DNA of 64,000 nt, from IMG/VR virus record IMGVR_UViG_3300025684_000016, positions 1 to 64,000 of that record; one strand, given 5' to 3'. The translations under genes and the position numbers were made by a program. Below the pieces are notes generated by a model. It had not been told where the DNA came from and made no database searches. It was given only the letters and a program-made list of their open reading frames with translations. Origin of the DNA: a virus. Of the stretch, positions 48,401-60,559 are shown in pieces; position 1 is the first letter of the stretch; every line of letters starts with the position of its first letter.

Positions 48401-51400
48401 TGTTGATGTAAACGATACTTGAGTTGGTTCTGTTATTGTTACTGAGAATTCTCTTTCACAGAAACTCCCATCCTGTATTGTTATCGTGTATGTACCCGCA
48501 GATAAATTACTTATTGTACGAGTAGTCCCATCATCATCTTCAAATTCTCCATCATCAAATTTTATCTTATACGGACCACCATTACCACCACCAATTTGAG
48601 TTATTCTAATTTCACCCGAACTGAGTCCATTACATAATGTATTTGTTTTGGATAGTGATAAAGTTATTGCCGACTTAGTTAGTACTACCGTTCTTGAACT
48701 TGTACACCCATTTTCGTCAGTTGCAACTAAAGTGTAATTACGTTCATCCAACCCTGTTTGGGAAAGATCCGTAATTGCCACACCATTTAACGTATATGTT
48801 TTGGTTCCTGTTCCCCCACCAACGGTGAAAGTAATTGTACCATCAGAATCACCATCACATGTTGGATCTGTATGAGTATCGGATATGAATATTGCTGATG
48901 GTTTTGTAATTGTTTTACTTATAGTACCTATTTCACCATTACTATCTTTTATGTAAATTGTGTATGTCCCTGAATCGAGATTTGAAAATGTCGTTGATGT
49001 TTGGTAATTAGTACCGTTAATTGAATATGTATATGGTGAATCACCTCCCGTAGTTGAGGTAACCTCAATACTACCATCCCTTAAGTTGTTACATGTAATA
49101 TTGGTTACATTCGCAGTACCTGATACAGATATATTTGTTATTGATATGGTTATTTTCTTTTCATACCATAACCCTCCTTGATCTGTCGATCTTACTCTTA
49201 TTGTGTATGAATTCTTGGTTTCATAATCAAAAACTTCTTTGCTTTTTAAGGTTGTTCCGTCTATATAGAATGAACCATTGTTGGTATCTCCAAGACCACT
49301 TACTAATGTATATGTAAATGTATTTCCTGCGTCAGGGTCTGTTGTGGATAATGTTCCTACAGTGGACCCTGTTACCACATTCTCATCAATAGATGAATTA
49401 GATAATGATATGTTTGTTGGAGTTTCATTAACATTAGTTACATTAATAGTAAACGATTCTTCTCTATATAAACCACCTTGGTCTGTTGATCTTACTCTAA
49501 CTGAATAAGTGTTCTTAACTTCATAGTTGAATACTTCACTACTTTGAATATTATTACCACTTATGTTAAATGAACTATTATTAGTGTCACCCACACCACT
49601 TACTAATGTATATGTAAATGTATTTCCTGCGTCAGGGTCCGTGGTTGAGAATTGACCAACCGTAGTACCCGTAGAACTATTTTCAGGAATATTATTATCT
49701 GATAAAATTATATCTGTAGGTGCTTCGTTTGCGTTGGTGATATTAATTGTTACTGATCTTTCGTGTGTTAAACCACCTGAATCTGTTGCTTTGACTCTTA
49801 TTGTATACGAGTTTTTAACTTCGTAGTTAAACACCTCGTTAGATGTCAGAGTACCATTACTATTCAAACTAAACGAATCGTTGTTGGTATCTCCAAGACC
49901 ACTTACCAATTCAAAAGTATGTGTATCGCCCGCATCAACATCGGTGGCGGTGAATGTAGTCACTGTTGTTCCTGTCGATTGATTTTCTTGAAATGACACT
50001 GTTGATGGTGTTATGTTAGAAGGGGTTTCGTTAAGATCTGTAATCAAAATCGTAAATATACCTATGTAGGTTAATCCCCCCGAATCAGTAGTTTTTACTC
50101 TTATAGAATAACTGTTCTTACCTTCATAGTTATAAACTTCTTTACTTTTTAGAACACCACCACTTGTTAATGTAAATGAATCATTATTAGTATCTCCTAA
50201 ACCACTAACAAGTTCATAAGAATGACTATCTCCCGAATCAACATCCGTACTACTGAAAGTACCTATTGTTGTTCCTGTAGATTGATTTTCCGCAATACTA
50301 TTACTTGATAAGGATAAATTTGTTGGTGATTCATTAACGTCAAGTACTGAAATTGTAAATGTATCCGTATAAGTGTTATTACCACTATCCGTAACCGTCA
50401 CTTCAATACTATAAGAGTTTTTAACCTCATAATTAAAAACTATTGCATTTTTGAGTACACCCGTACTTGATAAGGCGAACGCCGAATTATTATTACCACT
50501 ACCCGTTAGTGCGTATGTGAATGTTTCGTTACTATCAACATCTAACCCTGAAAAAATACCAATTGTTGTCCCCGTTGATGTGTTTTCACTTTGTGAATTA
50601 TTACTTAAGGTTAAACCGTATGGTGTTTCATTAACATCAACTATGTCTACCGTAAATTCTCTTGTATTACTTAAACCACCATCATCAGTTGCTTTAACAT
50701 ATAATGTGTATAAACTTTTTACCTCGTGATTAAAAACTTGTGCATTAGATAAAACCTCATTAGTTAACGTAAATGAATTATTGTCGGGGTAATTTGCACT
50801 ATCTGTAAATTCCCACGTAATGGTTCCACCCTCAGTATCGTCAGCAACTAAACTACCAATAGTAGTTCCTGTTGCAGTATTCTCTGTTTGACTAAAATTT
50901 GGTAATCTAATCCTTGGTGATGTATTTGTTGTTACGTCTACATCAAAGTCACAATTAATTGTTGGTGACGGAGATGGACTCGGTGTAGGGGTTGGTAATG
51001 CCGTTGGTCTTGGAGTCGCGCTAAACGTCGGAGACGGAGATGGACTCGGTGATGGACTCGGTGACGGAGACGGACTTGGGCTCGGTGATGGGGATGGACT
51101 TGGGCTTGGTGTAGGTGATGGACTCGGTGTAGGAGTTGGGGTCGCAATATCAATGTCAACATCGAAATCACAATTCGGAGTTGGAGTTGGACTTGGGCTC
51201 GGGCTTGGTGACGGAGACGGACTCGGTGACGGAGATGGACTCGGTGACGGAGACGGTGTAGGTGTAGGGTTAGGGGTTGAACTCGGTGATGGTGACGGTG
51301 TAGGTGATGCCGTTGGATTTGGTGTTGCACTCGGTGTTGCCGTTGGTAACGGAGTTGGTAATAGAATGGTGTCCTCAATTAGACACGAGTCGTTATATAA

Positions 51401-51598
51401 TAATACCGACACCGCACTATCAGGTATCTCAACCTTTACACCTGGTGACGTAATTAAATCATTATATGTAACACCAGTTGCTGGTAATGTGGTACTAACT
51501 CTTGTGGCAATATTTGACGGACCCACCAAATCATAGTAGATTGTGTAATCACTATGTGATGTCCCTGATGTAATTAATATGTTAAATATTCTTGCCAT
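45461..51598 (-). CDS. Giant adhesin-like virion protein: N-domain, PS/PT linker, 6 cadherin-like domains, ~13 SprB-like repeats, Cys-rich tip
   Basis: ENxxTG..DxD..(F/Y)(N/D)(Y/H)E..(D/N)xNE cadherin pattern x6 at ~100-aa period; xxxC.G..DG.I..GG..Y..L..G.Y...(K)D..GC repeats; no signal peptide. Confidence 0.85.
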   Translation of the reverse strand: MARIFNILITSGTSHSDYTIYYDLVGPSNIATRVSTTLPATGVTYNDLITSPGVKVEIPDSAVSVLLYNDSCLIEDTILLPTPLPTATPSATPNPTASPTPSPSPSSTPNPTPTPSPSPSPSPSPSPSPSPSPSPSPTPTPNCDFDVDIDIATPTPTPSPSPTPSPSPSPSPSPSPSPSPSPSPSPSPSPTFSATPRPTALPTPTPSPSPSPTINCDFDVDVTTNTSPRIRLPNFSQTENTATGTTIGSLVADDTEGGTITWEFTDSANYPDNNSFTLTNEVLSNAQVFNHEVKSLYTLYVKATDDGGLSNTREFTVDIVDVNETPYGLTLSNNSQSENTSTGTTIGIFSGLDVDSNETFTYALTGSGNNNSAFALSSTGVLKNAIVFNYEVKNSYSIEVTVTDSGNNTYTDTFTISVLDVNESPTNLSLSSNSIAENQSTGTTIGTFSSTDVDSGDSHSYELVSGLGDTNNDSFTLTSGGVLKSKEVYNYEGKNSYSIRVKTTDSGGLTYIGIFTILITDLNETPSNITPSTVSFQENQSTGTTVTTFTATDVDAGDTHTFELVSGLGDTNNDSFSLNSNGTLTSNEVFNYEVKNSYTIRVKATDSGGLTHERSVTINITNANEAPTDIILSDNNIPENSSTGTTVGQFSTTDPDAGNTFTYTLVSGVGDTNNSSFNISGNNIQSSEVFNYEVKNTYSVRVRSTDQGGLYREESFTINVTNVNETPTNISLSNSSIDENVVTGSTVGTLSTTDPDAGNTFTYTLVSGLGDTNNGSFYIDGTTLKSKEVFDYETKNSYTIRVRSTDQGGLWYEKKITISITNISVSGTANVTNITCNNLRDGSIEVTSTTGGDSPYTYSINGTNYQTSTTFSNLDSGTYTIYIKDSNGEIGTISKTITKPSAIFISDTHTDPTCDGDSDGTITFTVGGGTGTKTYTLNGVAITDLSQTGLDERNYTLVATDENGCTSSRTVVLTKSAITLSLSKTNTLCNGLSSGEIRITQIGGGNGGPYKIKFDDGEFEDDDGTTRTISNLSAGTYTITIQDGSFCEREFSVTITEPTQVSFTSTHTDPTCWDGSDGEIVITATGGSGTYEYTKDGFQWGPSGTFTGLTTGNYTLDVRDSNLCTTTGSSSLTLSKSAPILTWSFTNVTCNGAGDGTISVANPSGGNGGIYQVKINKLGTYIDLPNNTIEEYTSLVPGTYTIYIKDGEGCVKTYTQTISEPTTLTHTTTFVNPTCSDDTDGSITVSASGGSGTKVYSKDGGTNYQSSNVFNSLGTGTYSIKVKDGGNCTSSSTRTLTKSIVSASIYNNDVSCYGGNDGDITLASITGGNGGQYQFKFSSGNWTNFSTPVTFGTKTAGNYTIQVRDSELCSRSYTVTVTQPTNLVASVVVTDPTCTSSTDGQIVISSTGGSGSKLYSINGVNYYTSGTFTGLTIGGGTAYVKDANQCIDTQSYSLSKSLPQATIVTTNPLCNKQVTGSFVVSSPSGGNGGTYSVRLDTGSWTTTFPKTYSSLGATSYTIQVRDGEGCVRSYSKTITEPTAITISSTFSNPTCIGGSDGSITWTVGGGTGTKTYTQNGVAITDLSQTNLEEGTYTLIATDENGCTKSLSRTLSKSAVSAIVSHSNPTCYGGTGSISVSSPSGGNGGTYSVKLGSGSYTTTFPKTYSSLVAGSYTIYIKDGSGCTSTYTRTITVPTQVSFTTTLTHPSCSGDNDGKIVINASGGSGSYTYSLNNGFSYQASNTFSTLSEAIYLIRVKDTSDCVRTGSAQLNKTDPSATFVMSSVSCNGGSDGEITVSSPTGGNGGTYNSKIGSGTYSTTFPKTYSSLSSGNHVITIKDGDGCEKAYIINVTQPTAGTATISSFTVGPNGNIVVTSSGGTWNKTYRLYNDTTSPYTVGGGTLVATITGVTSGNPSQTFSNLVEGYYYVVVTDANGCPVGTSPIQSTFGDEGVSKCNCIEVSVPSSYLTNASNQDLYYINNDCEAGETSVNLNSQLSMENGGVNTFYFCSKPTLSNMFKYGPSGDSFISEFADISSNGSPCDNNFDCGVI

Positions 51599-51643
51599 TA
51601 TTAAAATATATACTTTTTATATTGTTTTATGTACTCATTATTC

Positions 51644-54600
51644 CTAACAACTTGGAATTGTATAACCTAAATTATTCATTGCGTTTACTATTAGATCCAT
51701 ATAATATTGTGGTGTACTTCCTGCAATCGTATCTTGAACACAACTAACTTCAGTTTTATCACTTAATCCCGCAGTTCCCGAATAATAACCCGTTCCACTA
51801 AACAACGCATTCATAAATGCTTGATATTGTGGGTATGCATCGTTTCCACCACTTAAAGTGTCCACTTGGAATATTATTCCTCTATGTGACGTTGAGCTGG
51901 TTGCGTTGGTCAAATTAGTTCTTAAGAGTGTAATATCACTATTACCCACTGTACTACCATTTGTCCAACCACTAACCGTTGGTGATTCTGCTTCGTATGA
52001 GTTACTCTCATCTGCGAATGCTAAATTCACCACATTCCTTGACGGATCTGATGGTTGAGTTGCAATCCAACTAATCGCCCTTTCATTACTAATACTTGTT
52101 ATTGTTACTCTTGAATTATATAAGTTAACATCATTATCATAGAATGGTAATAAACAATTCTGTAAAAGAGTACTCCTCATTGTATTAAGTGGACTTAGTG
52201 TTGAGTTCATTGAACCTGAACTATCAAAGAATATATTTATCTCCGTATCTGTACTAACCACTATCTCTTCCTGAATAACCTCAGTCGCTTGAACCTCAAA
52301 AGTACAATCACATAATATGTGTACATATTCTAAATCAAATAACGTCTGATTCCATTCGGCAACAACAAACACCGCATTATTATTAGAGTCAATAAATCTA
52401 ATTCCTGTGTCGTATAAAATATTTGTACCATGAGGTGTTAAATTACCTAATGAGTGATCCACACTACTAACTTGGGTACCGACAGGTGTTACGTGTTGTC
52501 CAACACAACTTGTGTTAGATCCACCAGAATAACCACGTACATAAACTAAACATGATGTGGAATCATACCACCATTCTTCACCGTCAGTATCAACACCAGG
52601 TGTCTCAGCACAATACCCACCTAAATCATATATTCCAGCTCCACTAACTCCTGTTCCTGTGGACACGAATAAACCACTAAAGATTTCAGTTCCACAATTT
52701 GGTGGACAACCTACCGATGTAGGACTTGGACTCGGACTCGGTGATGGACTCGGAGAAGGAGATGGACTTGGTGTAGGACTCGGACTCGGAGATGGACTTG
52801 GTGTAGGACTCGCAGTTGGGTTTGGTGTAGCACTTGGGCTTGGTGTTGGTGTAGGAGTTGCAATATCTATGTCAACATCAAAATCACAATTCGGAGTTGC
52901 CGAAGGTGATGGAGACGGTGATGGTGATGGTGTAGGACTTGCAGTCACACTTGGTGTTGGTGATGGACTTGGGCTTGGTGATGGTGTTGGTGATGGTGAC
53001 GGACTTGGTGTAGGACTCGCAGTTGCATCAGGTGTCACACTTGGTGATGGTGATGGACTTGCAGTTGGATTTGGTGTCGAACTTGGACTCGGCGTAGGAG
53101 TTGGTGTAGCAATATCTATATCAACATCGAAATCACAATTCGGAGTTGCCGATGGTGATGGGGTTGGAGTTGAACTCGCGGTCGTACTTGGTGATGGTGA
53201 CGGACTTGGTGTAGGACTCGCAGTTGTACTTGGACTTGGTGACGGTGTAGGTGATGGACTTGGCGTAGGAGTTGGGGTAGCAATATCTATATCAACATCG
53301 AAATCACAATTAACCGTTGGTGACGGTGAAGGAGATGGTGATGGTGACGGACTTGGTGATGGGCTCGGAGATGGGCTTGGCGTCGGACTCGCAGTCACAC
53401 TTGGTGATGGAGATGGACTCGGACTTGGTGATGGTGTAGGACTCGCACTCGGCATAGGAGTTGGAGTTGCAATGTTTATATCAACATCGAAATCACAATT
53501 TATTGTTGGTGTAGGAGATGTCGACGGACTCGGTGATGGTGTAGGAAATTGTGTAGCATCAGGTGTTGCCGGTGGTGTTGCAGTTGGGTCAGGTGTTGGT
53601 GCTGGTGTTGCCGAAGGTGATGGGGTTGCAGTTGGGGTAGCAATATCTATATCTACGTCAAAGTCACAATTCGGGGTTACCGACGGACTTGGGCTTGGTG
53701 ATGGTGATGGTGTAGGACTCGCAGTTGTACTCGGACTCGGTGATGGAGATGGAGATGGGGTTGGACTTGCAGTTGTACTCGGACTTGGTGATGGTGTAGG
53801 ACTCGCACTCGGCATAGGAGTTGGAGTTGCAATGTTTATATCAACATCGAAATCACAATTCGGGGTTGCTGATGGTGATGGACTTGGTGATGGACTTGGC
53901 GTCGGACTTGCCGTTACACTCGGACTCGGTGATGGAGAAGGAGATGGTGTAGGACTTGGGCTTGGTGTAGGACTACTTGAAGGTGCAGGTGTTGGTGTCG
54001 CAATGTTTATATCAACATCAAAGTCACAATTAGCCGTAGCCGATGGACTTGGGCTTGGTGATGGTGATGGTGATGGTGTAGGACTCGGGCTTGGTGTAGG
54101 AGTTGGGGTAGCAATATCTATATCAACATCGAAATCACAATTAACCGTTGGTGTAGGACTTGCCGTTACACTTGGACTTGGTGATGGAGATGGGCTCGGA
54201 CTTGGGCTCGGTGATGGTGTCGGACTACTTGAAGGTGCGGGTGTTGGAGTCGCAATGTTTATATCAACATCAAAGTCACAATTTTCTGTAACTGTTGGTG
54301 TAGGTGATGGAGATGGTGTTGGTGTAGGAGTTGCAATATCTATGTCAACATCAAAATCACAATTAGCGGTAACTGTTGGTGTAGGTGATGCAGACGGTGA
54401 AGGAGTTGGAGTTGCAATGTTAATATCAACATCGAAATCACAATTTTCTGTAACTGTTGGTGTAGGACTCGGGCTTGGCGTAGGAGTTGGAGTTGCAATA
54501 TCAACGTCCACGTCGAAATCACAATTTTCTGTAACTGTTGGAGTTGGAGATGGGCTTGGCGTAGGAGTTGGTGTAGCAATATCAACGTCCACGTCGAAAT

Positions 54601-57600
54601 CACAATTTATCGTTGGTGTAGGACTTGCAGTCACACTTGGTGAAGGGGTCGGAGTCGCAATGTTTATATCAACATCAAAGTCACAATTTTCTGTAACTGT
54701 TGGAGTTGGAGATGGTGTTGGAGTCGCAGTTGGTCCCGCAATATCTATATCCACGTCGAAATCACAGTTCGGTATATCTATATCCACGTCGAAATCACAG
54801 TTCGGTGTTGCCGAAGGTGATGGTGACGGTGTAGGACTTGCAGTCACACTTGGTGAAGGACTTGGTGATGGTGTCGGACTACTTGAAGGTGATGGTGATG
54901 GTGTCGGACTTGCAGTCACACTTGGTGAAGGACTTGGTGATGGGCTCGGTGTAGGAGATGGGGTTGGACTTGCGGTCACACTTGGTGTTGGTGCCGGTGT
55001 TGCAGTTGGTGGTTGTGTTGGTCCTGGTGTGGGTGTAGGTATGTCATTACAATCCTCAGTATAAATTGGTCGATTTAAATCTTCAATTGAAGGTATAACA
55101 GCACAATCTAATTGGTCTTGGAAATATTGTTGAGCACTTAATGATAAATCCTCAAATGTTTGTTGTGGATAGTGAACTAAAATACAGTCGTCATCATCTC
55201 CGTTATATAAAATAACCTGTGGATATGCCACTTCAGACACTTGTGTCATTGTTAAGTGATAAAATAATTCACGTTCACAATATTCTAAATCTAAACTCGT
55301 AACTTCAATTGGGAAACCAAATTCATTAATAAGATAATCACCTTTTATGAAGTAATCCTTATCATATGTACAACATGGGTCAACACCTTGTTCTAAAGGT
55401 CTAACAAATAAATCTTCAGGGTATTTTTCTGTAAATTCCCACAAACCACTCACTTTAGTTAATACCCTCACCTTTGTATTTGGTAGGATTCTAAAACGAT
55501 CATTAATGACGTTCATTTTAGTAGTCCCCAAACAATCAATATTATCTACAGTAACTTCAGTGTAGTTCTGACCAAATGAGAATCCATTTAAAACTGAGTC
55601 TCTAAAATCTTCAGAACCAAACGGACATGACAAATATTCACCCGACAACAATCTATCACCATCATTCACTTCTTGAGCCTTGATTCGTACTATATTATTA
55701 CCATTAATTAATGTCTGTATATCTTCCCATGTTGTGGTTGATGATATAACCACCGCATTGTCTACAATTTTTAAAACTGTACTATCTTGTTTTATTCCAT
55801 AATCAAATGTTGGTCGATACTGTACCTTAGGATGTATAGTATATCCAAGGTAATTATCACAATATGTTATACCACTTAGAGTCTCTATTGCCACATTACC
55901 ATTTTCTGGTAATTCACCAGGTAAAAAAGATTCTACAGAATATTCAACATAATGACTTTTTGGTTCTGTAACCGTATCATTAATTGGATCCCATTCTAAT
56001 TTTTGTTGTAACCCCTCAATTCTTACTTTTTGATCACAGTTTGCTGCGTCGGTGATTGATATATCAATGACATCATGTTCTCTTACATTTTTTACTATAA
56101 ATGTACAACCCGACACATAATCAACCACATAAGATGGTGGTTCTGAAATACCCTCATTGTAATCACCAAGACAATTAATGAATATGTTAACCGGCCAATC
56201 AGTATTGTATGGTGGACATGTATCACACACATCACCATTATCAACAGTATCTTCATTTCCAAATGTTATACCTGATACCTCAAAATAAACGTCTGACACT
56301 AACACACATTCGTCAGGATCTTCAGGTAATGTATACATTGTACCATCACCATATACCTTAACTTTAGGGTCACATTTTGTTGTTCCTGTTAGGTAAACCG
56401 AATCAAAATAGAAATCAAACGTACTCGGATCTAAACAATCAAAATCAACAGGTGTATATGTCACATAAGGTGATCCCGTTGCACTATATAATTGTAAATT
56501 ATAAACGTAGGGTACAATTGCAATTTTTTGAATACCATCCGTATCTGTAAAAATTCTATAATCTAATAAAGGTGCGTATTCATAATCATATGTTTCAGTC
56601 ACTTTCGCAACACCACTAACATCATCAGTTGTATCACTTAGTTCGTTTGTGAATGCCGTAGATATTGATGTATTACCACTTACTTTAAATTCTTCCCATC
56701 CAGCATGGTTGTTAATTAACCCACCATGACCAGTGTATTTTGTTTTCTTATAATATGTCTTATTGATTTGATTATCAATAATATCTTTTATTTCGTCAAT
56801 CCAAAGACATTCTAAAATCTCCAATTGTGGTTCTAAATAACATTTAAAATCACATAATAGTGGTAAGTGTACCGTTTTATCAAATTGGGTACCTCCACTT
56901 GTCACTGATTCTTGTGTTAATGTTGTTATCCCTGAAAATTCAAGAAACTCAACAGTTTGAGCACAATTATCATTATCAAAGTATACATTTTCAATGTCAG
57001 TACATTCAGATGTTATTGTGTATGGATCGAATAACCCCGCATGATTATGATTAACAAGTATTTCATCACATGTTGAACCAGTTACTGTTTGTGTCTCACC
57101 ACTAATGACAATATCAGTATCACCAGTAAATGTCAACCCATTAAAGTCAATATGAAGTGTGTAAGTCACACCACTTACAACTGTAAGTCCCCTGAAATTA
57201 TCATGGTCACCTAAAATTGTTTCTAAATCTTCTTCAATTACATCCTCAAACTTAGGAAAAAGGTTTTGTGTAAACTCATTTGGTAAACATGGTTTCTCAT
57301 ATTCAAACTTAGATCTTCCAATTCTACCGTTTTCAATGATATTACCACCAGTCCATAGTGTTGTGGCAGGAACAAATTGTTCAATCACTTGTGTCCAATA
57401 AGGACTCATTCGGTTTATAAATTCACTAACAGTAGGTAAACTATATGGATTGGACACCTTTGATAGGTAACCCTCATATATGTCTTCTAACTGTATATAA
57501 TTCTTTTTATATCGAATTATGTGTGTGTTACGTATTTGTTCGTTTAAAACGTGTTCAGTGTACTCAGCAAACGTGAATCCTGTCTGTGGTTCTAACGTTG

Positions 57601-59620
57601 CACGACCAAACGACACTTTTAATTCTCTACTTTGTCTGTATATGTCATTATCAACACCTTGTGACGATGAAAGATAGATTTGAATATTTTTTCTGTTAAG
57701 GATTCTTGAATCTTCATCTTCTAAAACTTCTGTCTTATCATTGTCAACCGTGTTATGTAATTCATAACCGTAATCTAAACCCGAAAACTGTCTATATAGG
57801 TCAAAATAGTCCTCACCATAGGTGAAATCTTTGTTTTTAGTCTTTATAACTTTAGGGTTCAAAGTCAAGTTTGAATTCTCAGTATCTAACTCAGTTGATG
57901 ATCTGTGGTCTAATGTTATATCATACCATCCAGCACCTTTTTGGAAGAATGTGTCTTGTTTTTCACTTTCTATACCCTTTATATCCCCATATTGTGATTT
58001 ACCCGACACAAGACTTACAGGGTATTCACCCTCACTATAAAGTGTGGAACCTGTGGTAGTTACACTATTGTAACTAAAACCTGTTGTTGATAATGATCCC
58101 ACTTTAAAGGTTTTATCACCTTGAATAAGGTCATAAACATCACTATCAATGTCACTCGTTGTCTTTTTTACTTGATCGTAACGGTAAACATATTCGTTAA
58201 TATTAATCAACGGTTCAGGTGCACCAATAAATCTTAAAAAGAATTCAATTGCTTTCCTTGTACCTTTTGATTTGTAAATGTGTGAAAGGTTGATGACAAG
58301 TCTTCTGTAAAACTCAGTCTCTGCTTCCACCATATTCATTCCAACACCAACACCATCGTACTGACTGTCAACTCTTGTGTAAAGTGAATCCTGTAGATTC
58401 TTTTCGTCAAATAGGTTTAAAGTGTCTAAACCAAGTGTGTTGGATAAGTTTTTTAAAAGTACGTCAGGTAGGTTATTAATACGATCATAACTCACATTTC
58501 TCATGTAAGCGATATTATCAATAAACTTCTTAACCTGATCAAAACTATGACCAAGTAACTGAGTTGCCGAGTCAAATCTTCTATCCTCAGTATCAAATTC
58601 GTATAATGATGCGGTCGTTAAAAATCTTGAAACTACATTCGATTTGTAATTATCAATACGTTCACCGAGTATACTTAACTCTTCAACATAATTTATGTAT
58701 GCACTTCCCGATATCTTTAAATTCCATTTATCCCTATATAGTGGCCACGAAATCTCATTAGTTTTTAGTTCTGTTTTTGAACCATCGAAACTATCTTCAG
58801 GTGCTCTGAACTTTGCGGTGTATTTTATTTTAGATTCACGATTTAATAAAACCGATTCTAAGTCATCTAACCCTTCAAAAAATTCTTCAACAACACTATT
58901 GTTCGGTCTTATTAAAAAACTATCGTCATATGTTGATGCCCCACCAAATGGAGACCCTTTTACCGTTAGACTTACTAACCCACTTAAATTAACCTCAGTA
59001 TAACTTATAACCTGATATGAAATCGAATTTACTTCTAATTCATATCTCTTAAAAGAATCGTAAAAATTCTTAATAGTGTTCGTTGTCTCAGGTAATGTAT
59101 TACTCTTTGGTTTTTCAAGAATAACATCTAACGGATTGAATATTTTACTATTTTCAATCTGAAATGAAGTTACATTGGTTTTCTTATTATATGTAGAATT
59201 TAACGCGGTAAATAACGTAGATGCCGTTGGGGTTTCTTTATCAATATAAATTCCAGCTGGAAACTTACCAATGATTCTTGATACGGATACCTGTAATCTT
59301 TGTTTTAGTGAACCAAATAAAGATTTACCACCATCTTCATTAGATTTTCTAAAGGTTACCTTATCCTTTCTTCTTTTAGTTGTAATTGTAGAGACACCAC
59401 TTTCAATTGGTTCCTCTTCTTTAATGTCCTCAAATGTGAGGTATTCAGAAAATGGTTTAGATTGGAATGATTTTTTATCCCTTTGGGGAATACTTTTATC
59501 CAATGCAAAGTTCGCAGAGGTCAGCTGACTTGTACCATCGGTAATTTGATTACCGACCAAGTTGTCATTAAAGGTTTCCCTCCCACTCGCCGCTTGACTT
59601 GGAACTTTTCTTTTCGCCAT
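51644..59620 (-). CDS. Baseplate wedge-like protein with mucin-like stalk and vWA-like tip
   Basis: [32 protein letters not shown] (P2 gpI/T4 gp7-like KGT motif); ~775-aa PS/PT region with 16 NCDFDVD motifs; C-terminal FFDSSGSM domain. Confidence 0.75.
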   Translation of the reverse strand: MAKRKVPSQAASGRETFNDNLVGNQITDGTSQLTSANFALDKSIPQRDKKSFQSKPFSEYLTFEDIKEEEPIESGVSTITTKRRKDKVTFRKSNEDGGKSLFGSLKQRLQVSVSRIIGKFPAGIYIDKETPTASTLFTALNSTYNKKTNVTSFQIENSKIFNPLDVILEKPKSNTLPETTNTIKNFYDSFKRYELEVNSISYQVISYTEVNLSGLVSLTVKGSPFGGASTYDDSFLIRPNNSVVEEFFEGLDDLESVLLNRESKIKYTAKFRAPEDSFDGSKTELKTNEISWPLYRDKWNLKISGSAYINYVEELSILGERIDNYKSNVVSRFLTTASLYEFDTEDRRFDSATQLLGHSFDQVKKFIDNIAYMRNVSYDRINNLPDVLLKNLSNTLGLDTLNLFDEKNLQDSLYTRVDSQYDGVGVGMNMVEAETEFYRRLVINLSHIYKSKGTRKAIEFFLRFIGAPEPLININEYVYRYDQVKKTTSDIDSDVYDLIQGDKTFKVGSLSTTGFSYNSVTTTGSTLYSEGEYPVSLVSGKSQYGDIKGIESEKQDTFFQKGAGWYDITLDHRSSTELDTENSNLTLNPKVIKTKNKDFTYGEDYFDLYRQFSGLDYGYELHNTVDNDKTEVLEDEDSRILNRKNIQIYLSSSQGVDNDIYRQSRELKVSFGRATLEPQTGFTFAEYTEHVLNEQIRNTHIIRYKKNYIQLEDIYEGYLSKVSNPYSLPTVSEFINRMSPYWTQVIEQFVPATTLWTGGNIIENGRIGRSKFEYEKPCLPNEFTQNLFPKFEDVIEEDLETILGDHDNFRGLTVVSGVTYTLHIDFNGLTFTGDTDIVISGETQTVTGSTCDEILVNHNHAGLFDPYTITSECTDIENVYFDNDNCAQTVEFLEFSGITTLTQESVTSGGTQFDKTVHLPLLCDFKCYLEPQLEILECLWIDEIKDIIDNQINKTYYKKTKYTGHGGLINNHAGWEEFKVSGNTSISTAFTNELSDTTDDVSGVAKVTETYDYEYAPLLDYRIFTDTDGIQKIAIVPYVYNLQLYSATGSPYVTYTPVDFDCLDPSTFDFYFDSVYLTGTTKCDPKVKVYGDGTMYTLPEDPDECVLVSDVYFEVSGITFGNEDTVDNGDVCDTCPPYNTDWPVNIFINCLGDYNEGISEPPSYVVDYVSGCTFIVKNVREHDVIDISITDAANCDQKVRIEGLQQKLEWDPINDTVTEPKSHYVEYSVESFLPGELPENGNVAIETLSGITYCDNYLGYTIHPKVQYRPTFDYGIKQDSTVLKIVDNAVVISSTTTWEDIQTLINGNNIVRIKAQEVNDGDRLLSGEYLSCPFGSEDFRDSVLNGFSFGQNYTEVTVDNIDCLGTTKMNVINDRFRILPNTKVRVLTKVSGLWEFTEKYPEDLFVRPLEQGVDPCCTYDKDYFIKGDYLINEFGFPIEVTSLDLEYCERELFYHLTMTQVSEVAYPQVILYNGDDDDCILVHYPQQTFEDLSLSAQQYFQDQLDCAVIPSIEDLNRPIYTEDCNDIPTPTPGPTQPPTATPAPTPSVTASPTPSPTPSPSPSPSPSVTASPTPSPSPSSSPTPSPSPSPSVTASPTPSPSPSATPNCDFDVDIDIPNCDFDVDIDIAGPTATPTPSPTPTVTENCDFDVDINIATPTPSPSVTASPTPTINCDFDVDVDIATPTPTPSPSPTPTVTENCDFDVDVDIATPTPTPSPSPTPTVTENCDFDVDINIATPTPSPSASPTPTVTANCDFDVDIDIATPTPTPSPSPTPTVTENCDFDVDINIATPTPAPSSSPTPSPSPSPSPSPSPSPSVTASPTPTVNCDFDVDIDIATPTPTPSPSPTPSPSPSPSPSPSATANCDFDVDINIATPTPAPSSSPTPSPSPTPSPSPSPSPSVTASPTPSPSPSPSPSATPNCDFDVDINIATPTPMPSASPTPSPSPSTTASPTPSPSPSPSPSTTASPTPSPSPSPSPSVTPNCDFDVDIDIATPTATPSPSATPAPTPDPTATPPATPDATQFPTPSPSPSTSPTPTINCDFDVDINIATPTPMPSASPTPSPSPSPSPSPSVTASPTPSPSPSPSPSPSPSPSPSPSPTVNCDFDVDIDIATPTPTPSPSPTPSPSPSTTASPTPSPSPSPSTTASSTPTPSPSATPNCDFDVDIDIATPTPTPSPSSTPNPTASPSPSPSVTPDATASPTPSPSPSPTPSPSPSPSPTPSVTASPTPSPSPSPSPSATPNCDFDVDIDIATPTPTPSPSATPNPTASPTPSPSPSPSPTPSPSPSPSPSPSPSPSPTSVGCPPNCGTEIFSGLFVSTGTGVSGAGIYDLGGYCAETPGVDTDGEEWWYDSTSCLVYVRGYSGGSNTSCVGQHVTPVGTQVSSVDHSLGNLTPHGTNILYDTGIRFIDSNNNAVFVVAEWNQTLFDLEYVHILCDCTFEVQATEVIQEEIVVSTDTEINIFFDSSGSMNSTLSPLNTMRSTLLQNCLLPFYDNDVNLYNSRVTITSISNERAISWIATQPSDPSRNVVNLAFADESNSYEAESPTVSGWTNGSTVGNSDITLLRTNLTNATSSTSHRGIIFQVDTLSGGNDAYPQYQAFMNALFSGTGYYSGTAGLSDKTEVSCVQDTIAGSTPQYYMDLIVNAMNNLGYTIPSC
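52717..55040 (-). repeat. Coding low-complexity Pro/Ser/Thr repeat with 16 interspersed NCDFDVD(I/V)(D/N)I units
   Basis: 16 copies counted in the protein and again as STSKSQ in the antisense frame. Confidence 0.95.
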
Positions 59621-60534
59621 TATTCTTGGATATCATCAAAATTTTTAGTGTCATCAATTTCATCTCTCTCTTCTCTGATTTCATATAACGTTTCGTTAAA
59701 CTCATCTTTAACTTCAAATAAGTTAAACTGTTTGTAGATGTTATCGGATTTATCATAGATGGTGTATATACCATCAGAAACTGATTTAGACTGATTACCG
59801 TAAAGTGCGTATGCTAACGTAGTGTCATCATGTTCAACCATATCAACCTCAATCGTTGTTGGGTTGAAGAATGTATTTGTGAAAATAATATTCTGTGATG
59901 GTTCACCAATAAACGGAACCGTATTCGGTCTGTTTGTCGGTGCTGAAGATGGTGTCACTGTTAGATACAAAAGATTAGTAATCGAGTCGGTATATTGATA
60001 TCTAATAGCCTTCTGTGATGTACTTGTTAAATTTGATACTATTGGTGTACAATAGAATGAAGATGTAACTACCCTATAAAAATTAGGTATTTTTGATCCA
60101 TCATCGTTTAAATATTCTATTCTATACCCAGTTAATCCTTGAGGTGTGAATTTATTTCTGTCCCCTGATGGAACATTACTTAGATCTACAATAATCCCTC
60201 TCACTGATGGTAAGGACGCTAAGATCCCACAGTCAGTGATACTTGTTCTAATTTGTTTGGGTCTAATATGTAACGTGTACACACCTAACTCATCGAAATC
60301 AGACGAACTTAATTTAAGATTGTATAAACCACCTAATATCTCAGTATCAGGTGCATTAGGACTATCCGTAGTATCTGAATTATGATATACAGGTGTTAGG
60401 ACATCCTCCGAATTTAATTTTTTAAATTGCACTGGAGCCGTAGAGGTCCTACCCGATACATAGTGGAAGAAAATTTCCACATCGGATGGTGATACATCTG
60501 CCGGTCTAATTGTGCCATAACTACCTACTGCCAT
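59620..60534 (-). CDS. Virion structural protein (baseplate region)
   Basis: 304 aa; stop overlaps the wedge-gene start; TATTTAT upstream. Confidence 0.65.
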   Translation of the reverse strand: MAVGSYGTIRPADVSPSDVEIFFHYVSGRTSTAPVQFKKLNSEDVLTPVYHNSDTTDSPNAPDTEILGGLYNLKLSSSDFDELGVYTLHIRPKQIRTSITDCGILASLPSVRGIIVDLSNVPSGDRNKFTPQGLTGYRIEYLNDDGSKIPNFYRVVTSSFYCTPIVSNLTSTSQKAIRYQYTDSITNLLYLTVTPSSAPTNRPNTVPFIGEPSQNIIFTNTFFNPTTIEVDMVEHDDTTLAYALYGNQSKSVSDGIYTIYDKSDNIYKQFNLFEVKDEFNETLYEIREERDEIDDTKNFDDIQE

Positions 60535-60559
60535 ATTCTTTTAATTAATAAATATAATT

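Noticed and set aside
52860-54805. Recurring ~30-nt DNA repeat with variable spacers, superficially CRISPR-like
   Set aside because: In-frame inside a CDS, varies at wobble positions, spacers are low-complexity and of very unequal length, and no cas operon is present
52557-55064. 835-aa plus-strand Gly/Val/Asp-rich ORF
   Set aside because: It is the antisense shadow of the Pro/Ser/Thr repeat, whose complementary codons rarely produce stops; no promoter or operon context
685-59620. Diversity-generating retroelement or invertase shufflon acting on fibres/adhesins
   Set aside because: No reverse transcriptase or site-specific recombinase in the window, and I noticed no adenine-specific template/variable repeat pair or inverted cassettes; one elsewhere in the genome cannot be excluded
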